Below, one piece after another: positions 1 to 9,250 of a stretch of 64,000 bases of DNA. Both the position numbers and the translations under genes were made by a program. The stretch lies in the NCBI GenBank assembly GCA_945860865.1, contig CAMARW010000001.1, forward strand, positions 136,154 to 200,153, given 5' to 3'. This stretch comes from Chitinophaga pinensis. GTDB taxonomy: Bacteria; Bacteroidota; Bacteroidia; UKL13-3. The notes under the pieces were generated by a model. The model saw only the letters and a list, made by a program, of their open reading frames with translations. It was not told the DNA's origin and did not search any database. Numbering within the stretch: position 1 is the first letter of the stretch; each line of letters starts with the position of its first letter.

Positions 1-931
1 CATTATCTAATCCGAGCCAAAGATTTTTATTTTTATCAGCGAATAAGCTCAGTACATTGTTGTTTTGGAGTCCGGTTTGAATATTCATTTTAGAGATTAC
101 GGTCCCATTTTCATCTAAAAAGAAAATACCAGATCTGCTCGTTCCGAGCACAATTTTATTGCCATATTTACATGCCCTGTATACCCTATACTTCTTTAAT
201 TCTTCATCATTAAAAGGTGCTTTACTTAGGATATTATTTTTGTAAACATATAAACCATTTTTATGAGTACAAATAAGTAGGGTTTGGCTATTTAAATCAA
301 TGATTGCAGATATGTCTAAGTTACTAGCTGGAATAATTTGTTTAAAAGCGATATTTTCTAGTTCAAAAACAGCACCAGCAGCATCATAAACATATAATTT
401 TTGATTGGCTAATTGCATTTTCTCTAGCGATTGCTCGCTAGGTTTAATCAAATTCATTTTATTATTTTGGAAAGCAAAAATGGTTTTACTGGTCTGAAAG
501 TAGACGATTCCATTTTTCTGCATAATGGTCCAAACATCTTCAAAACCTTTATATTCTTTGGGAAGCAAATGAGCGAGAGAAACGAAGTTTAAGTCGCCAC
601 TTTTAGTATATCCATAATATCCTATTTCATTTTGACCACCAGCATAAATTCTGTGTGAGATAGAATCATATAAAATAGATCGGAGTATGGTTTTACCGGG
701 TAATGGAAAATTTGTAAAAGTTCTTCCATCGAAAACGAGTAGTCCATTATTATTAGCGAAGAAAACTAGTCCTTTATGATCTTCACAAATGTCCCATGTT
801 TGCGTTCCACCTTGGTACATTTGTTTGGTATAGTTTTTAACCAAGGGGGCTGTATTGATGGGTTGTGATGCCAGTTTTAGTATGCCAAGCACGAAACAAT
901 AAAATAGTAAATATATTCCTTTTTTTGGCAT
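1..931 (-). CDS. Sensor/regulator with two-component-regulator beta-propeller repeats; N-terminal part only, 3' end runs off the window
   Basis: Not in the ORF track. My own reverse-strand translation from ATG (929-931) stays open to base 1: MPKKGIYLLFYCFVLGILKLASQPINTAPLVKNYTKQMYQGGTQTWDICEDHKGLVFFANNNGLLVFDGRTFTNFPLPGKTILRSILYDS... It has a signal/anchor followed by the repeated Y..G.Q.W.I.ED..G..FAN..GLL.FDG pattern. That pattern is typical of the periplasmic propeller of Bacteroidota Y_Y_Y/hybrid two-component regulators that sit divergent to glycan loci. Confidence 0.6.
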   Translation of the reverse strand, partial: MPKKGIYLLFYCFVLGILKLASQPINTAPLVKNYTKQMYQGGTQTWDICEDHKGLVFFANNNGLLVFDGRTFTNFPLPGKTILRSILYDSISHRIYAGGQNEIGYYGYTKSGDLNFVSLAHLLPKEYKGFEDVWTIMQKNGIVYFQTSKTIFAFQNNKMNLIKPSEQSLEKMQLANQKLYVYDAAGAVFELENIAFKQIIPASNLDISAIIDLNSQTLLICTHKNGLYVYKNNILSKAPFNDEELKKYRVYRACKYGNKIVLGTSRSGIFFLDENGTVISKMNIQTGLQNNNVLSLFADKNKNLWLGLDN

Positions 932-1129
932 TCAGTGTTAATCAATTAGTGGCAAAAGGTATGAAAAATGATAGTGCTTGTCAAGTAATAAATATTTTAC
1001 AATCAGTAATTTGGCATTTTTTGTAGTAGCAATGTAGTAGAATAATATTTCATTGATGTAAGTGAGTAGGGTTTTAAAAAAATGTTTTTCAAATTTTTAT
1101 ATTGAAGTTAGCAGCATAATTCAATCTCA

Positions 1130-3049
1130 TTGAAAGCTAAGCTACGTATTTATTTTTATGTTGTTCAGGTGATTTTTTGTCTGCTGGATCCATGTATTGT
1201 AGCTGCTCAGGAGCTGGATTCAAGTTTTCAAGACCGACCTATTTCTTCGAATAAGGCAAGTATATTGCCATTAAAAAAACTAACAATTGGTGGGTATTAC
1301 AGGTTTTTTGGAATTAATCGTAGTTTAGAACAAGCGTTTACAGTTATTCCGGGAAATCCTTATGCAAGTGCGCCAGCTTTTGTGCTGGGCACGGGCGATG
1401 TATATCGCGATCCTCCGCTCATGTTGCTTAATGTTTCGGTTCAGCCAACTTCTAAAACATACATTGGTATGGATTACGCTTTATACCACAATTTTTCTGG
1501 TAGGCCAGGTGAAAGTCCTATGAATTTGAATTTAGGAATAAACCTTACAGGAAGTATTCAAACTGATATTGGAAAATTTACTGCGCACATGGGTGGTATT
1601 AATTGGATTGAATTGAGCGGGATGGTCTTCAGTAGTTTTGTGGGTTACCAGCGGTTTAGTATTTATGAACGTTGGCCTTGGGAAGGCAATGAAATTTCAT
1701 TTGACCGGGCATCTAACTATTACAATTATGGTAATATTAGCAGAGACATGCGCTTTGGAATGCAACCATTTAGAGGTTTGATGGTAGATGGCCAAGAATT
1801 ACCGGGTAATATTGAACTTCGATTGTTATATGGAACTACCCCAGCACAAGCCTTTCTTACCAATCAAATTCCTTCTTATACAATGGGAGGTAGAATTAGG
1901 AAAAAGATAGGGAATCATACTATAGGTGCACAGTTTATAGATTATAGGTTGTATCCAGATTCTATAGCAAAAGAGGAAGCTGGTATACAATTGCATACCT
2001 TAAGCTATGATGGCACCATTAAGGATTTTAAAATAACTACAGAATTTGGAAGGGGAAGATTATATTCTGAGGTACAGGAAGCAGGCTGGGGAAATGCCGC
2101 GCGATTAAGCATTCGTACACCAGAGAAATACACTTTTTTTCCGCTAGAGGTAGAGGGCTTTTATGTAAGTCCAGAGTTTATTAACTATTACGGTAATTTT
2201 TTAAGCGGCAATACCAATATTGTAAGCTCTGCTGCCGTAAACCAAAGTGGTTCTACTTTGGGAGGAAGCGGTGGTATAAGCAACTTTGCCGGTTCTATCA
2301 CAGATGTTGGGCAGGTAAGTAGTAATAGAAAAGGATTTAGCATAAATGCTTGGTTTGATTTAACAAAAACAACCAAGTTAAATATAGGTAATATGAGTGC
2401 TACAGAAATACGCAGTTTAGGAAATGAGCTTGCGTTTGGACATAAAATAAACGCCTTGCCCTTTTCTAGGTTTAGTCCGTTTACCAATAATATTGGTGCT
2501 TATGGAAATTGGACTAGCTATTTTAGAGGCTTCTCTCAAAGTATGTTTATAACAGATACCAATGCCCTAGGCTTGGCCAATTCTTTACTGGGTTTTAACA
2601 TGCTTCAACTTCAATTAAAGCAATTTATTAATACGCCATTTTTACCATTTTATCTATTATATGTGGGTTCGTTTGGTTCGGCTCAAGAAGGCTTTAGGTT
2701 TTTACCCGTAACTGGCAATAAAGCTATGTTAAGAACGCATTACCATGAGTTAGATGCTATCTTTAAACTGAGCAAATACATGAGTTTAGTTACTACCTTT
2801 GGTAAAGAATATATTAAAGGTAATAATCAATTAAACCGTGGTGATAATGTGGATGGAATATTGGGCAGTTTGGCTAATGACCCAGTTAACCAAGAAGGAA
2901 CTTTATTTGGATTAGGAATTGATTATAGAATAAGCAATAATACCTATTTATATGCCCGTAAAAGGTGGTTTAATCAGCAAGATAAGAGTTTTGTAAAAGA
3001 CCAGATAAAGGGAACAGAAACCACCATAGAACTTAAAGTATTTTTTTAG
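1130..3049 (+). CDS. Predicted outer-membrane beta-barrel protein, family not recognised; no TonB plug signature
   Basis: 639-aa ORF with a TTG start and a signal peptide ending IVAAQE. The composition is rich in G/N/Y/S/T. The C-terminus IELKVFF resembles an OMP beta-signal with a terminal Phe. It is the first gene of a tightly packed operon, with a 1-nt gap to the next gene. Confidence 0.45.
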   Translation: MKAKLRIYFYVVQVIFCLLDPCIVAAQELDSSFQDRPISSNKASILPLKKLTIGGYYRFFGINRSLEQAFTVIPGNPYASAPAFVLGTGDVYRDPPLMLLNVSVQPTSKTYIGMDYALYHNFSGRPGESPMNLNLGINLTGSIQTDIGKFTAHMGGINWIELSGMVFSSFVGYQRFSIYERWPWEGNEISFDRASNYYNYGNISRDMRFGMQPFRGLMVDGQELPGNIELRLLYGTTPAQAFLTNQIPSYTMGGRIRKKIGNHTIGAQFIDYRLYPDSIAKEEAGIQLHTLSYDGTIKDFKITTEFGRGRLYSEVQEAGWGNAARLSIRTPEKYTFFPLEVEGFYVSPEFINYYGNFLSGNTNIVSSAAVNQSGSTLGGSGGISNFAGSITDVGQVSSNRKGFSINAWFDLTKTTKLNIGNMSATEIRSLGNELAFGHKINALPFSRFSPFTNNIGAYGNWTSYFRGFSQSMFITDTNALGLANSLLGFNMLQLQLKQFINTPFLPFYLLYVGSFGSAQEGFRFLPVTGNKAMLRTHYHELDAIFKLSKYMSLVTTFGKEYIKGNNQLNRGDNVDGILGSLANDPVNQEGTLFGLGIDYRISNNTYLYARKRWFNQQDKSFVKDQIKGTETTIELKVFF

Positions 3050-3050
3050 T

Positions 3051-4772
3051 ATGAAAAAACACATTTCCTATTTTACCTGTATACTTCTTATGCTACCCAT
3101 TGTATTGGTTGCACAAGAAAAGAAAATAGATTTTTTTGGTTCGGGCCGTTTTGCTCTAAACAATGGTAGTATAAACGGAGCCTTATTAAACACCGATTCT
3201 GTAACACCTAGAAAGCAGATGCGAGGCAGTACCCTGTTTGATTTGGGCTTTCATATTAAGCCTAGTGCCGAAACTGAAATTAAGGCTATAACGCGTGTAA
3301 CCAATGATATCAATGGATTTTGGGGGGGAGGCATTGTAATGAATGTGCGTGAATTGTATTTACGTGGCTTGTTGTTAAAGAAATTTAAATACCAAGTTGG
3401 AGATTTAAATACCCGTATGACACCTTTTACTTTGTACAATGCCGAAGGTGAGTTATCGCTTCACAATCCAGAGGCATTAAACACTTTTTCGGAAGTGATT
3501 GCGTATGATAAATTTTATGGAGAAAATTCTTGGCGTCAGCAAGGTGCGCAGATAGATTTTGGGTTTAAGTTTAATGAGGTATTTAATTCCATGAAAATAA
3601 AAGGATTGATTGCCAAAAATCGACAAACCGATTATTTTAGCACGCCAGATCGGCTATTTTCTGCAGCTACAGCAGACTTCACTTTCTTTAAAAATCTAGG
3701 CTTACAGTATAACTTGGCCCATATTTTTGATGTTAGAGAATCTGCTATGTTTTCTGATGCAAGGTTTAGTAATACGGTGCATAGTTTCGGACTTACAGAA
3801 AGTTTTTCTATCAAACAATTTCAATTTAAATTGAGTGGCGAGGCTGGTTTTTCCAAAGTGGCTTATGAAAATATGCTAGCTGCTCCCAATATTCCAAGGG
3901 GCAATTTTGCCACTGCTAGTTTAACTTTTAATCCGTCTAAAGCATGGTATGTAAAGTTACACGCCAATAGAGTAGAAACCCATTTTAGAAGCATGGGTGC
4001 ACAGAGCAGAAGGGTAAACTTTAATGCAGTTGCCAGCGAGTATGCATACTATACGAATAGAGAGAGCGTGCGACCGGCCAATATGTTAGATATCCTTACT
4101 GATGGTAATTATTATAACCTATTTTTAACTCCCAATCTTCAAGGGTTTAATCCTGTTTATGAAAATATTTTGCCTTATGGCCAAGCAACGCCAAATAGGC
4201 AAGGTGCGCAAGCAGAACTTGGATTTAGAACTAAAGCACAATTAGGTTTATTTACAAGCAATATGCGTGTTTCACGCTACAATGAAATAAGCGGACAAGG
4301 CACTATAAATACGAGAAATTTTTCAGAGATTCAATGGGATGCCAATAGTAATATAAACCATTTTTACCATGGCAAACGCAGGCTGAACCTAAGCGTATTT
4401 TATCGACTTCAAAATACCCAACGTGAGGGGATAAAAAATATAGAGGAAATACAACTTAATACAAGTCAGGTAAAGCTAGGTGTAGCTTATGAAGTGGTTC
4501 CAAAATTACATCTACAAATGGGCTTGTTGTTGGTTCAAGCAAAAGGGAATGAATTTATGCCTACTAGAAATGCGTTTAATCAAGTTGTATTTTTTGAAAG
4601 AAGTAATTACAATTTAAATGAAACCTTATTTTTAGGTGGAATAAACTATCAATTTAGCAAACACAATTGCCTTAAAATTCAGTGGCAACAGGTAAATTGG
4701 AATAATGAGTTATTGCCACAAAACCAATACGGAATAAATAGACTTTCGGTACTTTATAATTTATTTTTCTAG
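3051..4772 (+). CDS. Predicted outer-membrane beta-barrel / porin-like protein, family not recognised
   Basis: 573-aa ORF with signal peptide MLPIVLVAQE. The C-terminus SVLYNLFF ends in an aromatic residue, as in an OMP beta-signal. I see no carboxypeptidase-regulatory, plug or TonB-box signature of the kind visible in the true SusC at 48033-51245. Confidence 0.45.
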   Translation: MKKHISYFTCILLMLPIVLVAQEKKIDFFGSGRFALNNGSINGALLNTDSVTPRKQMRGSTLFDLGFHIKPSAETEIKAITRVTNDINGFWGGGIVMNVRELYLRGLLLKKFKYQVGDLNTRMTPFTLYNAEGELSLHNPEALNTFSEVIAYDKFYGENSWRQQGAQIDFGFKFNEVFNSMKIKGLIAKNRQTDYFSTPDRLFSAATADFTFFKNLGLQYNLAHIFDVRESAMFSDARFSNTVHSFGLTESFSIKQFQFKLSGEAGFSKVAYENMLAAPNIPRGNFATASLTFNPSKAWYVKLHANRVETHFRSMGAQSRRVNFNAVASEYAYYTNRESVRPANMLDILTDGNYYNLFLTPNLQGFNPVYENILPYGQATPNRQGAQAELGFRTKAQLGLFTSNMRVSRYNEISGQGTINTRNFSEIQWDANSNINHFYHGKRRLNLSVFYRLQNTQREGIKNIEEIQLNTSQVKLGVAYEVVPKLHLQMGLLLVQAKGNEFMPTRNAFNQVVFFERSNYNLNETLFLGGINYQFSKHNCLKIQWQQVNWNNELLPQNQYGINRLSVLYNLFF

Positions 4773-4776
4773 AACT

Positions 4777-5811
4777 ATGAAAAAGCTTTTAATAATTTTT
4801 ATTGGGGTTTATTTAATTCTCTTCATGGGTTGTAAAAAAGATACAGCAATTGAAGGCCCAGAATTAATTGATTTATTTGGCGAATTTGCCTTGCTTGAAC
4901 CTATTCGTGCGTCAGTAAAAACGGTGAATTTTGCAAACCAAGAACAGGTGCTATTTAAGGGTAAATTAAGTATCCGTACTCAGTGGACTGTTGATATAAT
5001 TGGCTTAAATAGTGGGGCAATAAAAACTTTTACCGGCAACGAAAAAGACTTTAATACATTTCCTATTACTTGGAATGGTACCATTACCTATGCTCCTTTT
5101 TTTAGAAAAAATGAACCCTGTGTTGCTCGTTTGCGTTTTGAGAATTATCCTGATACCATTTATTCTGATACGATAACTATCACAGATATTCGTCCAACGC
5201 CAAGTGTAGATATTTTAATAGACGATTTTGAAAGTCCGCAAAGGCCTTACAATACTTTTACTGAAGGTCAGCAAACCTTTAATGGAACATCGGTAAATTA
5301 CCAAGGCGTATCGCCAACAGAAAAAACGAGATTCTATGTACTCGCCGGAAATCGTGGTCCAACGGCCAGTTTATTTTTATGCGGTATGAACCTAAGTGCG
5401 CGAGTAAGTCAAGGTTTAGGGTCTAATTATTTTTCATTTGCCACTGAAAATCCGAATAATATTTTTTTCAATGCTTATATATATGGTTGGGGCGATAACA
5501 AGCCAGAGTTGAGTATTGAGTTTCAGGAAGACGACAATAAAGATGGTGTTTATCAGCCTGCAGAAGAAGGGGCTTATAATTTTCGTTTACCCATAAATTG
5601 GAAGGGTTGGAAATTAGTTAGTTTCTCCTACGGCGATACCCGCATATCTACTTCCGGAGGATTTGGTAATGTAGATAGAACAGGCAAGAAAGATCCTGAT
5701 AGAATAATTGCAGCTCAGTTTTTACTTTTATCTCAGCCAGGCACCAGTGGCATAACTCGTGTGGGAATTGATTACGCTAATTTCACTTATTATAAACCAT
5801 TTCAACCCTAA
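4777..5811 (+). CDS. Lipoprotein with a CBM-like C-terminal beta-sandwich; candidate surface glycan-binding protein
   Basis: 344 aa with a lipobox (LILFMGC). The C-terminal half begins IDDFESP and contains NWKGWKLVSFSY, then ends GIDYANFTY. This is the DDFE...GW.xV pattern common in CBM4/11-like modules. Confidence 0.5.
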   Translation: MKKLLIIFIGVYLILFMGCKKDTAIEGPELIDLFGEFALLEPIRASVKTVNFANQEQVLFKGKLSIRTQWTVDIIGLNSGAIKTFTGNEKDFNTFPITWNGTITYAPFFRKNEPCVARLRFENYPDTIYSDTITITDIRPTPSVDILIDDFESPQRPYNTFTEGQQTFNGTSVNYQGVSPTEKTRFYVLAGNRGPTASLFLCGMNLSARVSQGLGSNYFSFATENPNNIFFNAYIYGWGDNKPELSIEFQEDDNKDGVYQPAEEGAYNFRLPINWKGWKLVSFSYGDTRISTSGGFGNVDRTGKKDPDRIIAAQFLLLSQPGTSGITRVGIDYANFTYYKPFQP

Positions 5812-6998
5812 TGAAAAGCCTCATTTATTTTTGTTGTGGTTTATTTATGCTAGCTGCATGTGGTGTGCAGATGCAAACACAAAACTTAGTGGATGAGTGG
5901 GGAAATACTTATGACCAAGAACAACAACAAGTTTTTACAGATAAGGAAGTATTTAGCAACCAAACGGCAGATGTTTGGGGCTTAGAAAAAACAGATTGTA
6001 AGCATTTTAGTAGGATAGATACGCTTGCTTACAAAGGCAAATCGAGCATTAAATTGCAATGGAATAAAACAGGTTCTTGTGCTTGGTTAGGTTTTGGAAT
6101 TGGTTGGAACGGTTATGCCGCCAAGGATTTAACTCCGGTTATGCAAAATGGCAAGATTACGTTTTTTATTAGAGCAATTAAAGGCACTCAATTTGTGCCT
6201 ACTTTAATTTTTTTGTTAGAAGATTACAGCGGCATACAAACAGCTACCCTATTTAAAGCTAAATACCTAGAACGATATCCGATAGATGAAGCATGGCAGA
6301 AGGTTAGCATACCTTTATCGGGTTTTTTAGAGGCAGCTGGGCCTAAAAGTGATTTTAGCAATATCAAAAGTTTAAATGTGGAATGCCAAGGTGAAGGCGC
6401 TATTTTAATAGATGAAATATACATTGAAGAAGGCAGTAAATTAAATGGCGGGGTAAGTAAAAAGTTTGGTCAAACCATTACCCAAACTTTCCCAGCACTA
6501 ATATTTGAAGATGATATGCAATATGCTTGGGGTTTAGGGAATTATTTGGGCAGAAATATACAAATAGACTCGCAAGTTTATCTCATGGGAAGTAAAGCTT
6601 TACACATGCAATGGAATATTACAACTTTACCAAATGTAAACAACCAATTAGGTTTTAATTGGGAACGTTGGCAGGCTATTGCCTTATATGATTCTGTGGT
6701 AGCTTATAGCTTAAGTATGTATATTTATGCACCCAACAAATTAAACCTAAATATGCTACAAATAGGCTTTGAATCATATGCTGGAGAGCAGGTAAATATT
6801 GGGCTGAACCAAACCTATGTGAGTAATACGGAATTTACAGATAAGCAAGGAAATAAATGGCTAAAAGTACGCATACCTTTAGCTGCATTTGATTGGGAAA
6901 AGACGCAATTTAATGTCCAAAAGTTTAAACAATTATTGATAACATTTACGCAAGAAGGAGAGTTATGGATAGATCATATACAATTAGAAAAAAACTAG
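5811..6998 (+). CDS. Lipoprotein with two CBM-like modules; candidate surface glycan-binding protein
   Basis: 395 aa with a lipobox (MLAACG). It has two internally similar halves: KGKSSIKLQWN...WQKVSIPLSGF...ILIDEIYIE and GSKALHMQWN...WLKVRIPLAAF...LWIDHIQLE. Its start overlaps the upstream stop by 1 nt (TAATG). Confidence 0.5.
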   Translation: MKSLIYFCCGLFMLAACGVQMQTQNLVDEWGNTYDQEQQQVFTDKEVFSNQTADVWGLEKTDCKHFSRIDTLAYKGKSSIKLQWNKTGSCAWLGFGIGWNGYAAKDLTPVMQNGKITFFIRAIKGTQFVPTLIFLLEDYSGIQTATLFKAKYLERYPIDEAWQKVSIPLSGFLEAAGPKSDFSNIKSLNVECQGEGAILIDEIYIEEGSKLNGGVSKKFGQTITQTFPALIFEDDMQYAWGLGNYLGRNIQIDSQVYLMGSKALHMQWNITTLPNVNNQLGFNWERWQAIALYDSVVAYSLSMYIYAPNKLNLNMLQIGFESYAGEQVNIGLNQTYVSNTEFTDKQGNKWLKVRIPLAAFDWEKTQFNVQKFKQLLITFTQEGELWIDHIQLEKN

Positions 6999-9250
6999 GT
7001 TCGAACCAAATTATTTGGGGCATATTTACTTTATTGTTGGCTATACTATCGTGCAAGCCGGTCAAAGAAAAATTGCCAGAAGAGCGCGCCCAAGCTATTT
7101 TAAATGAGATGAGTTTGGAAGAAAAAGCTGGGCAAATGACTCAGCTTAGTATTGAGATGATTTTGCAGGGCAAAGACCAATTTAATTTAACTAAGCCGCA
7201 TGCCTTAGATACTGTTAGGCTAAAAAAAGTATTGGTAGAAATGGGTGTAGGTTCTATATTAAATGTACCAGGCAATACTTTTACATTAGCCCAGTGGAAA
7301 GAAGTGAGCGATGCTTTGCATGCCTATCGGATGCAAACGAGACTTCAAATACCCGTATTGTATGGCATAGACGCGATACATGGCGCTAACTATACTGCAG
7401 GTGCAACCTTGTACCCGCAGCAAATCAATTTAGCAGCTAGTTTTAATTCAGATTTGATAGCAGAAATGGCTACCTACACTGCCAATGATGTGCGCGCAAG
7501 TGGTCTTGCTTGGAACTTTTCTCCAGTGTTAGATGTTGCTAGAAACCCAAGGTGGCCTAGGTTTTGGGAAACATTTGGTGAAGACCCAATAGTGGCTGCA
7601 TGTTTAGGATCGAGCATGGTTAAAGCCTATCAAATGCCTTCAAAAAATGGACTGCCCGGAGTAGCAGCTTGTTTAAAACACTATGTTGGTTATGGAGATG
7701 CCCGCAGTGGAATGGATAGAACTCCTGCCTATATACCAGAAAGGCAATTGCGCGAAATTTTTTTACCGCCCTTTGCTAAAGCCATTGAGGCTGGCGCCCA
7801 AACTATTATGATAAACTCTGGTGAAGTAAATGGCGAGCCTGTTCATGCCAGTAAGTTTTTATTACAAACTATTTTGCGCGAAGAATTAAAGTTTAAAGGG
7901 ATAACGGTAACAGATTGGGAAGACATTAAAAATTTGTATGAGCGACATAAAATAGTATCAACCTATAAAGAAGCGGTTGCCGTGGCAATTAATGCTGGAA
8001 TTGATATGGCTATGGTTCCTTTAGATACTTTATTTACGCATTACCTAATTGAAAATGTAAAGGAAGGAAACATTTCAATGACGCGCATAAATCAATCTGT
8101 TTTGCGGATATTAACCCTTAAATTTAAACTAGGTTTATTTGAAAACTCACCTGCAAATAGCAGTAAATATGACTCAATTGGTTCAGACCAAAGTAAAAAA
8201 TTATCCTTGACATTAGCTACACAAAGTTTAGTTTTATTAAAGAATTCTAATCAAGCTTTACCATTATCTCCAACTGAAAAGATTTTAGTTACGGGTGCCA
8301 ATGCACATTATATAAATGCGTTAAATGGCGGTTGGACACATACCTGGCAAGGTAGAGATACCACTTATAATTCTGAGGTTCCAACTTGTTTGGAGGCATT
8401 GCAAAAAATTCATGGGATGGATAAAGTGGTTTATTTACCTGGTAATACTTACGATACCAATTTGTCTGATGAAACATTGCTTGCAGCGGCAAAAAATGTA
8501 GCTTCAGTGGTATTATTTTTAGGCGAAGATACCTACACAGAAAAACCAGGAGATATATTGGATTTAGAACTATCTGCAACTCAACAACACCTCATTAAAG
8601 TATATAAAAAAGCAGGGAAAAAGGTGATTGTAGTTTTATTGGAAGGAAGGCCTAGAACCTTTGCTAACTTGGAGCCTTTGTGTGATGCTATTATTTTTGC
8701 AGGTTTACCTGGAGATGCCGGCGGAACTGCCCTAGCTAATGTATTGTGTGGCCTATCTAATCCCTCAGGGAAATTGCCCTTTACCTATCCAAGATATTCG
8801 GGTTTTCATTTAACTTACGATTGTAAATATACGGAGGTGTTGAACAAAGATTTTAAGCCATTGGGCTTTAATCCATTGTTTGAGTTTGGTTCAGGCCTGA
8901 GTTATACAGATTATGTTTATAGTAATTTTACTTGTGATAAAGAAAGTTATACGCTTACAGACACTATCAAAATGAATGTTACCATAAGCAATACAGGCGC
9001 CATGGAGGGTTTGCACACCGCATTATTTTATAGTAAAGATGAGGTGGCAAGTATTACACCATCGGTAAAAAAGTTGCGTGCATTTCGAAAGATTTTCTTG
9101 AAACCAGGTGCAAGTGAAATTGTTTCAATAGAATTACCTGTGCAACATTTAGCATTTGTTGGACTATCAAATAAATGGGGCGTTGAGCCCGGCTCATTTA
9201 AACTTTCAGTAGATACCTTAATTCAAAACATAACTATTACCAACAAATGA
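6965..9250 (+). CDS. bglX: Glycoside hydrolase family 3 beta-glucosidase, lipoprotein-type N-terminus
   Basis: 761 aa carrying GH3 hallmarks: GIDAIHG, KHYVGYG, GITVTDWED, and a C-terminal fibronectin-like domain. The N-terminus LLLAILSC is lipobox-like. Confidence 0.88.
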   Translation: MDRSYTIRKKLGSNQIIWGIFTLLLAILSCKPVKEKLPEERAQAILNEMSLEEKAGQMTQLSIEMILQGKDQFNLTKPHALDTVRLKKVLVEMGVGSILNVPGNTFTLAQWKEVSDALHAYRMQTRLQIPVLYGIDAIHGANYTAGATLYPQQINLAASFNSDLIAEMATYTANDVRASGLAWNFSPVLDVARNPRWPRFWETFGEDPIVAACLGSSMVKAYQMPSKNGLPGVAACLKHYVGYGDARSGMDRTPAYIPERQLREIFLPPFAKAIEAGAQTIMINSGEVNGEPVHASKFLLQTILREELKFKGITVTDWEDIKNLYERHKIVSTYKEAVAVAINAGIDMAMVPLDTLFTHYLIENVKEGNISMTRINQSVLRILTLKFKLGLFENSPANSSKYDSIGSDQSKKLSLTLATQSLVLLKNSNQALPLSPTEKILVTGANAHYINALNGGWTHTWQGRDTTYNSEVPTCLEALQKIHGMDKVVYLPGNTYDTNLSDETLLAAAKNVASVVLFLGEDTYTEKPGDILDLELSATQQHLIKVYKKAGKKVIVVLLEGRPRTFANLEPLCDAIIFAGLPGDAGGTALANVLCGLSNPSGKLPFTYPRYSGFHLTYDCKYTEVLNKDFKPLGFNPLFEFGSGLSYTDYVYSNFTCDKESYTLTDTIKMNVTISNTGAMEGLHTALFYSKDEVASITPSVKKLRAFRKIFLKPGASEIVSIELPVQHLAFVGLSNKWGVEPGSFKLSVDTLIQNITITNK

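Noticed and set aside
6965-6998. The 34-nt overlap between the 395-aa lipoprotein gene and the GH3 gene, considered as a possible frameshift or fusion.
   Set aside because: Both proteins have their own complete N-terminal export signals and C-termini. Short overlaps are common in this operon (TAATG at 5811, ATGA at 9247) and indicate translational coupling.
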